A stretch of 64,000 bases of DNA from an uncultured Gemmatimonadaceae bacterium (GCA_963822945.1 CAWGJO010000039.1:12943-76942), one strand, 5' to 3'; counted from the first letter of the stretch, positions 17,736 through 28,064 are shown. A program made the numbers and translations. Notes: generated by a model not told the origin, from the letters alone.

Positions 17736-18917
17736 TCATCCGGCCGCGACGGTGCCGAAATCGTATCCTGGAACCGAAATCCGCGGAATCGGCTCGCCGA
17801 GGATGCGTTCGATCGTCCGGACCATCGCGATCTCGTCGGGCGCCATGAACGTGAACGCGTCGCCGGTGGCGTCGGCTCGGCCCGTGCGGCCGATGCGGTG
17901 CACGTAGTCCTCGGGCTGCTGGGGCACGTCGTAGTTGATCACGTGCGAGATGCCGTTGATATCGAGCCCTCGCTGCGCGATGTCGGTGGCCACGAGCACC
18001 CGGATCTTGCCGTGCTTGAAATCGGCCAGGGCCTTGGTGCGCTGCGCCTGCGTCTTGTCGGCGTGCATCGCCGTGGCGGAGACACCCTCGTGCTCCAGCT
18101 GCCGCACGACGCGGTCGGATCCGTGCTTCGTGCGGCAGAACACGAGCACCGAGTCCATGCCCTCGGCCTTGAGTAGTTCGGCAAGCAGAGCCGTCTTCCG
18201 GTCGGCCGGCACGGGATACACGGCGTGCGAGACGGTACTCGCCGCCGACGACCGGATGCCGATCTGCACGACTTCGGGCTTGCGCAGGTACTTCCGCGCC
18301 AGCGCCTCCACCTCGGGCGGCATGGTGGCGCTGAACAGCAGCGTTTGTCGGTAGGACGGAATCTGCGCGACGATGCGGTTGATCTGCGGCGCGAAGCCCA
18401 TGTCGAGCATCCGGTCGGCCTCGTCGAGCACCAGCACTTCGAGGTCGTCGAAGACCACGTTCTGGCGCTCCAGGTGATCGATCATCCGTCCCGGCGTCGC
18501 GACCACGATGTCCACACCGGCCCGCAGCGCCTTCTGCTGCGGGTCGAGTGGCACACCGCCGTACACGGGGGCCACGTCGATCTCGGAGAACTTGGCGTAC
18601 TTCTGCACGCTCTCTTCCACCTGCACGCAGAGTTCGCGGGTGGGCGTGAGGATCAGGGCCCGGGTGCGCCGCGGTCCGTCACTCAATCGGTCGACAATGG
18701 GGAGCGTGAACGCGGCCGTCTTGCCGGTCCCGGTCTGTGCAAGGCCGATGATGTCGCGCCCCTTGAGGACCAGGGGGATCGCCTCGGCCTGGATCGGGGT
18801 CGGGGTCTGATAGCCGGCGGCCTCCACGGCTCGCAGCACCGGCTCGGAGAGGCCCAGCTCCGCAAACGTGAGTTCCGGCCGGGCGGGCTCCGCTTTCGTC
18901 TTCTTCCGTCTTGGCAT
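17736..18917 (-). CDS. rhlE: DEAD-box RNA helicase (RhlE-like)
   Basis: Q-motif PTPIQ, AQTGTGKT, PTREL, DEADRMLDMGF, SAT and HRIGRTGRA. Confidence 0.9.
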   Translation of the reverse strand: MPRRKKTKAEPARPELTFAELGLSEPVLRAVEAAGYQTPTPIQAEAIPLVLKGRDIIGLAQTGTGKTAAFTLPIVDRLSDGPRRTRALILTPTRELCVQVEESVQKYAKFSEIDVAPVYGGVPLDPQQKALRAGVDIVVATPGRMIDHLERQNVVFDDLEVLVLDEADRMLDMGFAPQINRIVAQIPSYRQTLLFSATMPPEVEALARKYLRKPEVVQIGIRSSAASTVSHAVYPVPADRKTALLAELLKAEGMDSVLVFCRTKHGSDRVVRQLEHEGVSATAMHADKTQAQRTKALADFKHGKIRVLVATDIAQRGLDINGISHVINYDVPQQPEDYVHRIGRTGRADATGDAFTFMAPDEIAMVRTIERILGEPIPRISVPGYDFGTVAAG

Positions 18918-18953
18918 TGTGCGGTGAACGCTAACGTCCGCGGCGCGCGGTCG

Positions 18954-19793
18954 CTACTCGTGCATGAAGGCCAGCAGCGCCGCGTTCACCTCGTCGGGCC
19001 GCTCTTCGTTGACGGCGTGCCCGCCCTCGACGCGCACCACGCGCAGCCCGTCGATCGCCTGCGCGCCTGCTTCGCTGCCCGCGATCAGATGGTCGTGCGT
19101 GCCGAGCAGGAGGAGCATCGGCACCTGGATCCGCGCCAACTCCGCGGGCGGGAACGGATCCCACGAGAACTCGTGGAGGCACGCTACCAGCGCTGCCGCG
19201 ACGCCGGGCTGGCTGGCCGAAGACCAGTACTCGTCGACGTCGTGCTCGGTGACCCGCGACTGATCCCAGTACGCGAGGTGCAGGAACCAGCTCACCAGCG
19301 GACGGGCCACGAGGTAGGACGCATAGTCGCGCACGGCGAGCGGGGTCACCATCTGGGCGATGGTGGTGAAGCGCACGGGCGCTAACCCCACGGGGTTCAC
19401 GAGCGCCACGCGCGCCAGCCGGGGATGGCGTTCCACCGCGAGCCCGGTGGCGATCCCGCCACCCATGCTCACCCCGACCACGGTCGCTTCCCGGACGTCG
19501 AGCGCGTCGAGCAGCGCTCCCGCCGTTTCGGTCATCCCGGCCCGGGAATACCACCCCAGCGCGGCCGGCTTGTCGCTGAGCCCGTGCCCGGGCAGGTCGA
19601 CGGCGATCGTGCGCCGCCCGGCATGCGCCAGGGCGGGAATCGCGCCGCGATACGAGTATGCCGACGCCCCCCAGCCGTGGAGCAACACCACTGGCGGGCC
19701 ATCCGCCGGCCCCGATTCGAGCAAGCGCATCCGCAGACCGTCGCGCACCTCGACGAACCGCGTCGTGATGTCCGCGACGTGCGCCGGGTACAT
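18954..19793 (-). CDS. alpha/beta hydrolase
   Basis: LLHGWG, DLPGHGLSD, GVSMGG nucleophile elbow and GGHAVNEERP. Start codon uncertain. Confidence 0.88.
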   Translation of the reverse strand: MYPAHVADITTRFVEVRDGLRMRLLESGPADGPPVVLLHGWGASAYSYRGAIPALAHAGRRTIAVDLPGHGLSDKPAALGWYSRAGMTETAGALLDALDVREATVVGVSMGGGIATGLAVERHPRLARVALVNPVGLAPVRFTTIAQMVTPLAVRDYASYLVARPLVSWFLHLAYWDQSRVTEHDVDEYWSSASQPGVAAALVACLHEFSWDPFPPAELARIQVPMLLLLGTHDHLIAGSEAGAQAIDGLRVVRVEGGHAVNEERPDEVNAALLAFMHE

Positions 19794-19870
19794 CTCGCCG
19801 ACGGCAAGAGGTTCCGTCGCGGGCCTCGCGCCCACGCTCCCCCCGTCCCGGCGCGTCCAGCCCACCGGGG

Positions 19871-21049
19871 TCAGATCGCGTCGATGGTGCGCCCCGCCAG
19901 ACGTGCGATGAGCCCGAGGCGGAAGGTCACGTCGGTCCACCGTTCCTCGCCGGCCAGCTCCTCCTCGAGCGGATACATGGGCCACACGAAGGGGTTGTTG
20001 GTCTTCACCGCCTGCAACCCCTTGTGGGGGTGCCACACGCCGTCGGCGTCACGGTCGTCCAGGAAGCGATCGAACAACTTGGACCAGTTGTCGTTCAACT
20101 TCAGGAAGCCGAGCCGGGCCATCAGTTCGAGCCAGGCCAGAGCGCTCGCCACGTCCGCATCGGCGGCGTTCCGATGCGGCAACTGGTCGCCCATGACCAG
20201 GTGCGCCTGGGCCGCGATTCGCCGCCCGAGCAGTTGCACGACCTCCTGGCGGGGCAGCGGCTGCGTGATCCACGCGTAGATGCGATCCATCACTTCCGCA
20301 TGCTCGGTGCAGAAGAGCGGCATGTGCGCCAGCATGTTGAGCGCGTAGATGGACGGCGGAGCCGCCTCCGGCGCCAGCACGTGCTGGTTGCCCACCCGCA
20401 TCCATGGCTTTTCGGCCAGCGGTGAGCGCAGGAAGTCGTTGATCCGATCGAGAATGCGCCGCGCTGCGCCCCGCAGTCTCGGATCGCCCTGATACCCGGC
20501 CTGCGCAAGGGCCGCCGCGGCGGCTTCGCGGAGGATCCCGCGGCCCCGGTGTACCATGTCGTCGTCCGGCGCCGCCTTGCCGCCGAACTCATACAGGAAC
20601 TCCGGGTCGTCGTCCTCGGCGAGCAAGCGGAACAGGATCCGGCGCGCCTGCATCAGAGGCGGGGAGCCACGGTCCCAGCCGTACTCGAGCAGACGGACCA
20701 CCGCATTGATCGTCCCCACGCCCTCAAAGTGCGTGGCACGCGGCGAGGGGAGGGTGAGCATCGTATGGGACCAGGTCCCATCGGCCGCCTGCGAAACGGC
20801 CAACAGGAGAGCAGACCGGTACGTATATGGCAGTGTCGCGGTACGGGCCTCGGGGGACATTTCGAGCTGCGCGACTTCGGTGATCGCGCGGTACCTGATG
20901 GCCGTGGAGGCGTGCTCGAGGAGCCACCCGAGCGGAAACCGCACCGGTGGTGGCGGCGGCGGGGGCGGGGGCGGCAGTACAGGCTCGGGCTGCTCGGGAA
21001 CGTCAGCCACGAGATCGGGTTCAACGTTCGTGGTAGGCGGTAGGGTCAC
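19871..21049 (-). CDS. conserved hypothetical protein, possible alpha/alpha-toroid (terpene cyclase/prenyltransferase-like) fold
   Basis: QAADGTW and RDADGVW (QW-like repeats), a helical pattern, and a poly-Pro N-terminus. Confidence 0.65.
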   Translation of the reverse strand: MTLPPTTNVEPDLVADVPEQPEPVLPPPPPPPPPPVRFPLGWLLEHASTAIRYRAITEVAQLEMSPEARTATLPYTYRSALLLAVSQAADGTWSHTMLTLPSPRATHFEGVGTINAVVRLLEYGWDRGSPPLMQARRILFRLLAEDDDPEFLYEFGGKAAPDDDMVHRGRGILREAAAAALAQAGYQGDPRLRGAARRILDRINDFLRSPLAEKPWMRVGNQHVLAPEAAPPSIYALNMLAHMPLFCTEHAEVMDRIYAWITQPLPRQEVVQLLGRRIAAQAHLVMGDQLPHRNAADADVASALAWLELMARLGFLKLNDNWSKLFDRFLDDRDADGVWHPHKGLQAVKTNNPFVWPMYPLEEELAGEERWTDVTFRLGLIARLAGRTIDAI

Positions 21050-21206
21050 GGCGTCGCAGGAATCGGGTGGAAGGGCGATGTCGTACCATCCTCGACTACG
21101 GGCGCGTAAGCATAGCGGTTTTCGGGTGATGCGCTAGAGGGCAAAGTATAAGTGCCTTGACCGCAATCACTTGAGTGCAGGGTTCCCATTCTTTCAGGAG
21201 CGTTTC

Positions 21207-21596
21207 ATGCGTAAGTTGGCGATGGTGGCACTGGCAGTGCTGTGCATGGGGGGCACCGCTTCCGTAGCGGCCGCCCAGGGTGGCATGGGCGGCGGACGCG
21301 GTCCGCGCATGTCGCCGATCGATCGGGTGCTGACGCAGCCGACGGCGATCACGCTGACGGCGGATCAGCAGAAGACGGTCGACAGCCTCAAGACCGCGAT
21401 GACCGAAGAGCAGCGTTCGGCGCGCGAGGCGGGTGGCGGCGACCGGCAGGCGATGATGGGCAAGTTCCAGGAAATCAACAAGAAGTACATGGATGCCGTG
21501 CGGGCCCTGCTCACCCCCGAGCAGCAGAAGACGTTCGATGAGAACGTCGCGGCGATGCCGCAGCGCGGGCGGCGAGGCGGGGGCGGAGGGCGCTGA
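21207..21596 (+). CDS. Spy/CpxP-like (LTXXQ) periplasmic protein
   Basis: AGGAG RBS, signal peptide, and LTADQQ and LTPEQQK motifs. Confidence 0.8.
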   Translation: MRKLAMVALAVLCMGGTASVAAAQGGMGGGRGPRMSPIDRVLTQPTAITLTADQQKTVDSLKTAMTEEQRSAREAGGGDRQAMMGKFQEINKKYMDAVRALLTPEQQKTFDENVAAMPQRGRRGGGGGR

Positions 21597-21622
21597 GTCC
21601 GCCACCCACTACGCATGACACA

Positions 21623-21650
21623 GCGGGCCGCTCCGAATGGGGCGGCCCGT
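21623..21650 (+). terminator. stem-loop after the Spy-like gene
   Basis: GCGGGCCGCTCC-GAAT-GGGGCGGCCCGT, flanked by ATGAC/GTCAT. Confidence 0.6.
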
Positions 21651-21747
21651 CGTCATTCGGGACCTGCTGGACCCGGATGCGTGCTGCGGCGATCTTGTCA
21701 CGCGATGCCCGTCACGCCTCCGCTCACCGAACCCCGCCCCCCGCACC

Positions 21748-22569
21748 GTGCGCGGTGAATTCGTCGACGTCGGCGGCGTCCGACTCTATTATTACGCCGC
21801 CGGTACGCGCGGCGCCGGCGAACCGCTGGTGCTCGTGCACGGCTTCCCCACGTCGGGCCACCTGTGGAGCGAGGTGGTCCCACTGCTCCCATCGGGGCAT
21901 CGCGTCGTGGTCCTCGACCTACTCGGCTACGGCCGCAGTGACCGCCCCGGGACCCAGCGGCTGGACGTGGATGCGCACGCCGATCGCGTGCTTGCGATGC
22001 TCGACGTGCTGCGCATCCGCGAGGCCGCCGTCGTGGGACACGGGCTCGGGGGCGGCGTCGCGCAGTCGCTCGCCGTGCGCTTTCCGGCCCGCGTCTCGCG
22101 GCTCTGCCTGGTGGACAGCGCGGCCTTCGACGCCTGGCCGGCCCGCGGGTTCCGGCTCTGGCGCCGTCTGCACGCACTGGTCGCCGTGACGCCGCCGTCG
22201 TGGATCCAGTCGATGCTGCGCACCTCGCTGCAGCGGGGCTACGCCAACGCGGATCAGGGGCTGCACTCCCTCGAGCGCTACGCGCGCGTATTCGCGTCCG
22301 TCGACGGACGCGCCGCGTTCGTCCGTCATCTCCGTGCGCTCGATCCGGCGCAGACGGCAGCCATCGCCCCGCAGTTGTCGCGCATCGCCGTACCGACGGC
22401 GGTCGTGTGGGGACAGGGGGATCCGTTCATCCCGCTCGCCGTGGGGGAACGGCTCCGCGACGCGATTCCCGGCGCAACGCTCGACGTGGTGCCGAGCGCG
22501 CGCCACTACCTGCCCGAGGACACGCCGGCGGCCCTCAGTGCCGTGATCGCCCACCTGCTCGCGCGTTAG
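21748..22569 (+). CDS. alpha/beta hydrolase
   Basis: LVHGFPTSGHLW, DLLGYGRSD and ARHYLPED. The elbow reads GHGLGGG. Confidence 0.85.
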   Translation: MRGEFVDVGGVRLYYYAAGTRGAGEPLVLVHGFPTSGHLWSEVVPLLPSGHRVVVLDLLGYGRSDRPGTQRLDVDAHADRVLAMLDVLRIREAAVVGHGLGGGVAQSLAVRFPARVSRLCLVDSAAFDAWPARGFRLWRRLHALVAVTPPSWIQSMLRTSLQRGYANADQGLHSLERYARVFASVDGRAAFVRHLRALDPAQTAAIAPQLSRIAVPTAVVWGQGDPFIPLAVGERLRDAIPGATLDVVPSARHYLPEDTPAALSAVIAHLLAR

Positions 22570-23836
22570 CGCGCTTCGCCCGCACGCTGTCGGGGCGGAC
22601 CGGCGCGCGCAACGCCGCCTCCGTGTACTCGCTGGCGGGATTCCAGAGCATCCAACTCCGGATCCCGGCATCCTCGCCGGCCCGGATCTGCGCGCGCACC
22701 TGCGCCTCGCCGTAGGCCGGCACGCCACGCGTGAAGTCCTGATACCAGGGTACGAGGCGGGCCGCGCCGGGCATGGCCGCGTTGCGGCGCTTCGCATCGG
22801 CGAGCGCGCGGCGCACGGTCTCGTACGGCTGAGCGTTCGGGTTGGCCAGGCCGAAGGTTCCCGCCGGGAAGAGCGAGGGGTACTCCCTCGGCATGAGTAC
22901 GTCGGTGCGATCGGCGATCGCCTCCCACCGCTGTCCGACGCCCAGGTCGGAGGAGTCGACCGCCGCCAGGCCGCTCACCGCGATTGCCATCGGCACGTTG
23001 AGGACCGACATCCGCGAGCGCAGAAACCCGAGCTGCGCGCGAATCACCTCGCCCAGCGTCCGTCCGTCGGGCGAGGTGAGTTCCACGCGCTCGCTCTCCC
23101 CGGTCGAGGTCGGAAAGCGCACGTCGTCGAACTGCACTTCGCTGAATCCGCGCGCCACCGCCTCCGAGGCGAGGTCGGCCGCGTACGCCCATACCTCGCG
23201 GTGGCGCGGGTCGAGCCAGGCGCTCCGCTCGGGATCGTCGGCCCGGCGCATGACGGCCCACTGCGGGCGATGCGCCGCCAGCACGGGATCCCGCCCCACC
23301 ACGATGCGGGCCACGGCGTAGATGCGGTACTTCCGCAGGGAATCCATGAGCGTGTGCAGACGCCGTACCGGCATCGCCCGCACGGTGTCGGCGCCGATGA
23401 CGTGGGCCAGTCCGACGGTCGACGGATAGAGCAGGAGACCGTTCTCGTCCTTGACGTCGAACACCAGCGCGTTGACCTGCGTGTGCCGGGCCAGTTCGAT
23501 GAGTCGCCAGACGCCCGGCCCCTGCGCTACCAAACGATTCACGTACAGTCCGCGCACGGGATTGGGTGTCGCCAGGTGCCGCACTCGTGCCGGCCGGGCC
23601 GGCGTGCGCGGGCCCGCGTCGCTGGCCGATCCGGTGTCGGTCGTTGACGCCGTATCCCGCATCGCCGCCGCCACGCTGTCCGCCCGGAGGCGGTCGGCAT
23701 GGGGCATGGCCGGGGAACGCGCCGCGGCGGTGGTGGTTCCGGTGGCAGCCGGCGCGCGGCGGGCTCCCGACTGGTCGCCTCCACAGGCCGCCACCACCGC
23801 GGCGAGGAGGACCGTGGCAAGGGGTTCAAATCGCAT
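22535..23836 (-). CDS. putative glycoside hydrolase lipoprotein (DUF4015 family)
   Basis: Lipobox VAA-C, then VRGLY, NALVFDVKDENG, GFSEVQFDDVRFP, GQRWE, PWYQDF and WMLWNP. Confidence 0.85.
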   Translation of the reverse strand: MRFEPLATVLLAAVVAACGGDQSGARRAPAATGTTTAAARSPAMPHADRLRADSVAAAMRDTASTTDTGSASDAGPRTPARPARVRHLATPNPVRGLYVNRLVAQGPGVWRLIELARHTQVNALVFDVKDENGLLLYPSTVGLAHVIGADTVRAMPVRRLHTLMDSLRKYRIYAVARIVVGRDPVLAAHRPQWAVMRRADDPERSAWLDPRHREVWAYAADLASEAVARGFSEVQFDDVRFPTSTGESERVELTSPDGRTLGEVIRAQLGFLRSRMSVLNVPMAIAVSGLAAVDSSDLGVGQRWEAIADRTDVLMPREYPSLFPAGTFGLANPNAQPYETVRRALADAKRRNAAMPGAARLVPWYQDFTRGVPAYGEAQVRAQIRAGEDAGIRSWMLWNPASEYTEAALRAPVRPDSVRAKRANARAGGRSRH

Positions 23837-23852
23837 GACGCAACCTAATGAC

Positions 23853-25865
23853 TCAGAGCCGGCGGACCTCGTCCGCGGCATCGAGCACGTGGCCGATGTC
23901 GCGCGACAGCGCGCGCGCTTCCTGTGTGGCGCTCGTCACGTCGCCCAGCGCCGAGTCGATGCCCGCGGAGCGGAGCTTCACGAGATCGAGCTTGAGATTC
24001 TGCAGAGCCACACAGGCGCTCTCGAAGCGGGCCACCAGACGGGCCCGCCGCTCCAGCAGATCGTGCACCGTGCTCCGTTGCCGCTCGAGCAGGGACAGGC
24101 GGCGCTCCCGCTCCGGGGTATCCGGTTCCTGCTTCAGTTCGGCGATCCGTTTGTCGAGCACGCCGAGGTTGGCGCCGGAGACATCGGCGTCCAGCGTGTG
24201 CAGCGTGGTGGCCAGCGATCCGATGCGATCGCCGAGCGCGGTGACCGTGGGCTCGATCTCGGGCAGCATCTGCCGCTCCGTGGGGGTGAGCTTGGCCAGC
24301 ACCTCGCGAATGACGATGCGGTCGCCGGCGGCCCGCCGCACCGCGGCCCCGTGCGGGCCGGCGAGCACCGCGTCGCCGGCCAGCGGGGCCTCGGCCGGCG
24401 GGAGGGCGCTGCGGGCCGGCGCAGGCGCGGGCATCGACTGCCCCGGAGTTCCCGGCGCGCCCCGCTCACCCGGGCGCCCTCGGCGGAAGAGTTGTTTGAG
24501 CGTCGCGCCGTCGGCCCACAGCGTGCTCCACCGGCGGATGAGGCCGATGCCGATGCCGAGCGCCGGGAACAGCCACCACCAGAACTCCGGCGAGGTGAGC
24601 ATGTTGATGCCGAACAGGAAGAGCAACGTGGACAGATTGCCCACGAGCCGCCGGCGAAAAGCCGCGACGCGTTCGTCGAGCGGCCGTTGCGGGTCGTCGC
24701 GGATGTCGTGGACCACCGCGCGGATCTCACGCCGCTGGTCCCGAATGGCATGCCGATGATCGCGCCCCTGATCGCGCAACTGCGCCCGCTGGCTTCTGAA
24801 TTCGGCGGCCCGCTCGCGCAGCTCGGCGGTCCAGTCGCGCCAGTCTTCGCGGTCGTAGCTCGCCGGCGGCGGCGGGACGACGAACGAGGGCCCTCCGATC
24901 ATGTGCACGCCGATGCCCGACGACCGCGGCGGCGCGCCCGGCGATCCACCGTTCACCGGTGACGGGACGTAGCCGGTGGCGGAAAGCTGTTCGAGGCGAG
25001 GTGGCGCGGCCGGCGCATCGGCGGACGTCGTTGCGCGGATCGCGTCGCGAAACGCCGCGCCGTCGGGCCAGCGTGCCGCCGGTTCCTTGGCCAACGCGGT
25101 CTCGACGGCCTGCACGATCGGCGCCGGCGCGTCGGGCCGCTTCTCGCGAATCGGGCGGGGCGTTTCCGACACGTGCTTGACCAGCATCGCCGGCGTGTTG
25201 ACGGCGGTGAACGGTTGCTCGCCGGTGAGCATCTGGTAGGCCACGACGCCCAGCGAGTAGATGTCGCTGCGTCCGTCCACGTCGCGCTCGCCGAGGGCCT
25301 GCTCGGGCGACATGTACGCGGGCGTCCCCACCGCGACACCGGTCACCGTGAGCCGCGAGTCGCCGGCCGCGGCGCGCGCGATGCCGAAATCCGTCACCAT
25401 GGTCCGGCCGCTCGCGCGATCGAGCATGATGTTGTCCGGCTTGATGTCGCGGTGCACGACGCCCTTCTTGTGCGCATAGTCGAGCGCGTCGGCCACGTCG
25501 CCGATCACGCGGCGCACCTCGTCGAACGACGACCGGCCGATGTCGTGCAGGTGCTCGGCGAGCGTCTTCCCCTCGACCAGCGCCATGACGAAGTACACCA
25601 CCCCGTCGCGCTCGTCCACCGAGTAGATGGGCACGATGTTCGGGTGGTTCAGCTGCGCCGCCATCTGGGCTTCGCGCAGGAAACGCGTCTTCACGTCGGC
25701 GTTGAAGGCGAGGTCTGGCGGGAGCAGCTTGATGGCCACGTGTCGGTTGAGCCGCAGGTCGAGCGCGCGGTACACCGCCGCCATGCCGCCGCGCCCGATC
25801 TCCGCTTCGACCAGGTAGTGATCCCCGACCGCCGCGACCAGTCGATCCTGCAGGTAGTCGCTCAC
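23853..25865 (-). CDS. Hanks-type Ser/Thr kinase with a 2TM domain and a C-terminal helical domain
   Basis: GRGGMAAVY, VAIK, HRDIKPDN, DFG and GTPAYMSPEQ, then LFLFGINMLTSPEFWWWLFPALGIG (2TM-like). Confidence 0.93.
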   Translation of the reverse strand: MSDYLQDRLVAAVGDHYLVEAEIGRGGMAAVYRALDLRLNRHVAIKLLPPDLAFNADVKTRFLREAQMAAQLNHPNIVPIYSVDERDGVVYFVMALVEGKTLAEHLHDIGRSSFDEVRRVIGDVADALDYAHKKGVVHRDIKPDNIMLDRASGRTMVTDFGIARAAAGDSRLTVTGVAVGTPAYMSPEQALGERDVDGRSDIYSLGVVAYQMLTGEQPFTAVNTPAMLVKHVSETPRPIREKRPDAPAPIVQAVETALAKEPAARWPDGAAFRDAIRATTSADAPAAPPRLEQLSATGYVPSPVNGGSPGAPPRSSGIGVHMIGGPSFVVPPPPASYDREDWRDWTAELRERAAEFRSQRAQLRDQGRDHRHAIRDQRREIRAVVHDIRDDPQRPLDERVAAFRRRLVGNLSTLLFLFGINMLTSPEFWWWLFPALGIGIGLIRRWSTLWADGATLKQLFRRGRPGERGAPGTPGQSMPAPAPARSALPPAEAPLAGDAVLAGPHGAAVRRAAGDRIVIREVLAKLTPTERQMLPEIEPTVTALGDRIGSLATTLHTLDADVSGANLGVLDKRIAELKQEPDTPERERRLSLLERQRSTVHDLLERRARLVARFESACVALQNLKLDLVKLRSAGIDSALGDVTSATQEARALSRDIGHVLDAADEVRRL

Positions 25866-27799
25866 CGCCGTTCAGCCGCCGACCCGGCCTCTCCCCCGGC
25901 TCCGCCTCCGCGACTCATGGCATCGGCGACGTACACGGCGCTGTCCACGCTGTCGGCCAGGTTGAGCGCGTTCACGGCGAGCGAAGTGATGTGCTGGTGC
26001 GTCTGCATGCCGGCGCGCAGCCGCAGCACGTCGAGCTTCATGTTGCGGAGGGCCAGCGCGCACGTTTCCAGCCGCGCCGACGTCGCGGCGCGCTTCTGCT
26101 CGAGGTCCACGATCGCCCGTCGTTGCCGCTTGAGATAGGCCAACCGGTGTACCCGTTCCTCGCTGGCGCGGTAGTCGAGCGGGTTGGCGGCGCCCTCCAG
26201 GCGTTCGATCTCGGCCTCGTAGGCGGCCATGCCGCCGGGCACGGTGTTGTGGTCCAGATCGGCGAGGGCGATTGCCAGCCCCTGCACCTTCTCGTGCAGC
26301 GCCGCCGCCGACCGGATCACGTCGGGCACGCGGTCGCGGTCGGCCGCGGGCATCGACTCGATGAGCCGGACGATCTCGTCGCGGTCGGCGTTCGCCTGCC
26401 GCACCGTGTCGGCATAGGGCCCCGCGGCCTGGGCGAGGGTGCCGTCGTCCAGGCGGGGGCCGGGCAGCGCGCCGGCCACGCCGACTCCCGACGAACGGCG
26501 CTGCAACCGCCGCTGCCGCCGCTTGTCGAGCAGGGTGCGCCGCTTCTTGGAGTCGAACACCGCGCGCACGTGCTCCATGAGGTCGTCGAACACCTCCATG
26601 AGCGACCGGTCGCGCGGTTGCTGGAACACGTCGCGCCAGTCGTAGCCGTCGCTCCACAGCTTCGCATACCGGAACGCCATCCAGATGCTCCACAGCACCG
26701 TGATGCCGGTGAGTCCGGTGCCGAACAGCACCGACATCAGGATGATGACGCCATTCACGTACAGATACGGCCACACCTTCCGCCGGAACGCGCGGACCTG
26801 CGGCGCGTCCCAACGGCGAATGTCGTCGGACGTGGGCACGTACGGCCCCATATCGAACGCGGCCGCGGCAAGGGGCGCTCCACCGCCGATGCCCGGATTC
26901 CGGGACGAATCGGGGGCCGGCGACCGCCCCACGGCTCCCGGCATGGGACTCGTGGGAGGAGCCGGCATCAGCCCGCCGTCGAGCGCCTTCACCAGGTCGC
27001 CCGCCGACGGGAACCGGTTGGCCGGATCCTTCTCGAGCATCAGCATCACGGCGCGCGCCAGATCCGGCGGCACGTCGGCCCGCCGCTGGGTGATCGGCAC
27101 GGGCGCTTCCGAGATGTGCTTGACCAGCATCGCGGGGGTGCTGCCGGCCGAGAATGGCGGCTCCCCGGCGAGCATCTGGTAGGCCACGATCCCGAGCGCG
27201 TACAGGTCGCTGCGGCCATCGATCACCCGCTCGCCTGCCGCCTGTTCGGGCGACATGTAGGCCGGCGTGCCGATCGCCATGCCGGTGGCCGTGAGCCGCG
27301 AGTCCCCGTCGCTCACGGCGCGTGCGATCCCGAAGTCGGTGACCATCGGCCGCCCGTTCTCGGCGTCGAGCAGGATGTTGTCTGGTTTGATGTCGCGGTG
27401 CACGACGCCGCGCTCATGGGCGTAGGCCAGCGCGTCGGCCACGTCGCGCACGATGCGGCGCACCTCGTCCACCGGCAGCACCCCGCGGTCGTGCAGGCGC
27501 TTGGCGAGGTTGTCGCCGCTGATGTACGCCATCTCGAAGAACACCAGCCCCTCCGACTCATCCACCGTGTAGATCGGCACGATGTTCGGATGGCTCAGCT
27601 GCGCCGCCGTTTCGGCTTCGCGCAGGAATCGGGTCTTGATCTCTCGGCGGAACGCGAGTTCGGGCGGGAGCACTTTGATCGCCACGGTTCGCTTGAGACG
27701 ACGATCACGCGCGCGATAGACGACGCCCATGCCCCCACGCCCGATTTCGGCATCCAGCTCGTAGTGCGCACTGAGCGCGCGCTCCACGAGCGCGCGCAT
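25862..27799 (-). CDS. Hanks-type Ser/Thr kinase, paralogue with the same architecture
   Basis: GRGGMGVVY, VAIK, HRDIKPDN and DFG, then the hydrophobic hairpin YLYVNGVIILMSVLFGTGLTGITVLWSIW. The start may lie up to about 35 nt upstream. Confidence 0.92.
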   Translation of the reverse strand: MRALVERALSAHYELDAEIGRGGMGVVYRARDRRLKRTVAIKVLPPELAFRREIKTRFLREAETAAQLSHPNIVPIYTVDESEGLVFFEMAYISGDNLAKRLHDRGVLPVDEVRRIVRDVADALAYAHERGVVHRDIKPDNILLDAENGRPMVTDFGIARAVSDGDSRLTATGMAIGTPAYMSPEQAAGERVIDGRSDLYALGIVAYQMLAGEPPFSAGSTPAMLVKHISEAPVPITQRRADVPPDLARAVMLMLEKDPANRFPSAGDLVKALDGGLMPAPPTSPMPGAVGRSPAPDSSRNPGIGGGAPLAAAAFDMGPYVPTSDDIRRWDAPQVRAFRRKVWPYLYVNGVIILMSVLFGTGLTGITVLWSIWMAFRYAKLWSDGYDWRDVFQQPRDRSLMEVFDDLMEHVRAVFDSKKRRTLLDKRRQRRLQRRSSGVGVAGALPGPRLDDGTLAQAAGPYADTVRQANADRDEIVRLIESMPAADRDRVPDVIRSAAALHEKVQGLAIALADLDHNTVPGGMAAYEAEIERLEGAANPLDYRASEERVHRLAYLKRQRRAIVDLEQKRAATSARLETCALALRNMKLDVLRLRAGMQTHQHITSLAVNALNLADSVDSAVYVADAMSRGGGAGGEAGSAAERR

Positions 27800-28064
27800 C
27801 TCGGAGTCCGCAGACGGGACGACGGGGTCAGACACTCGGCGAGCTCGTTTTAGGGCTGAATACGGCATTCTAGCACTGCGGGATACATCTGGAAAGGACG
27901 CGCCGGTTCGGCAGAATCCCTACGTCAGACTAGCGGGTAGAAGTTGCAAATCCCGCCAGCGTGTCGTAACTCCTAGACAGCCTCAAGGGGCGACGCGGCA
28001 ACGCGTTGGCTCGACGAGGGGACTAAGTGTATGCGGGCTCTCACTTACCCTCATCGGCCAGATG

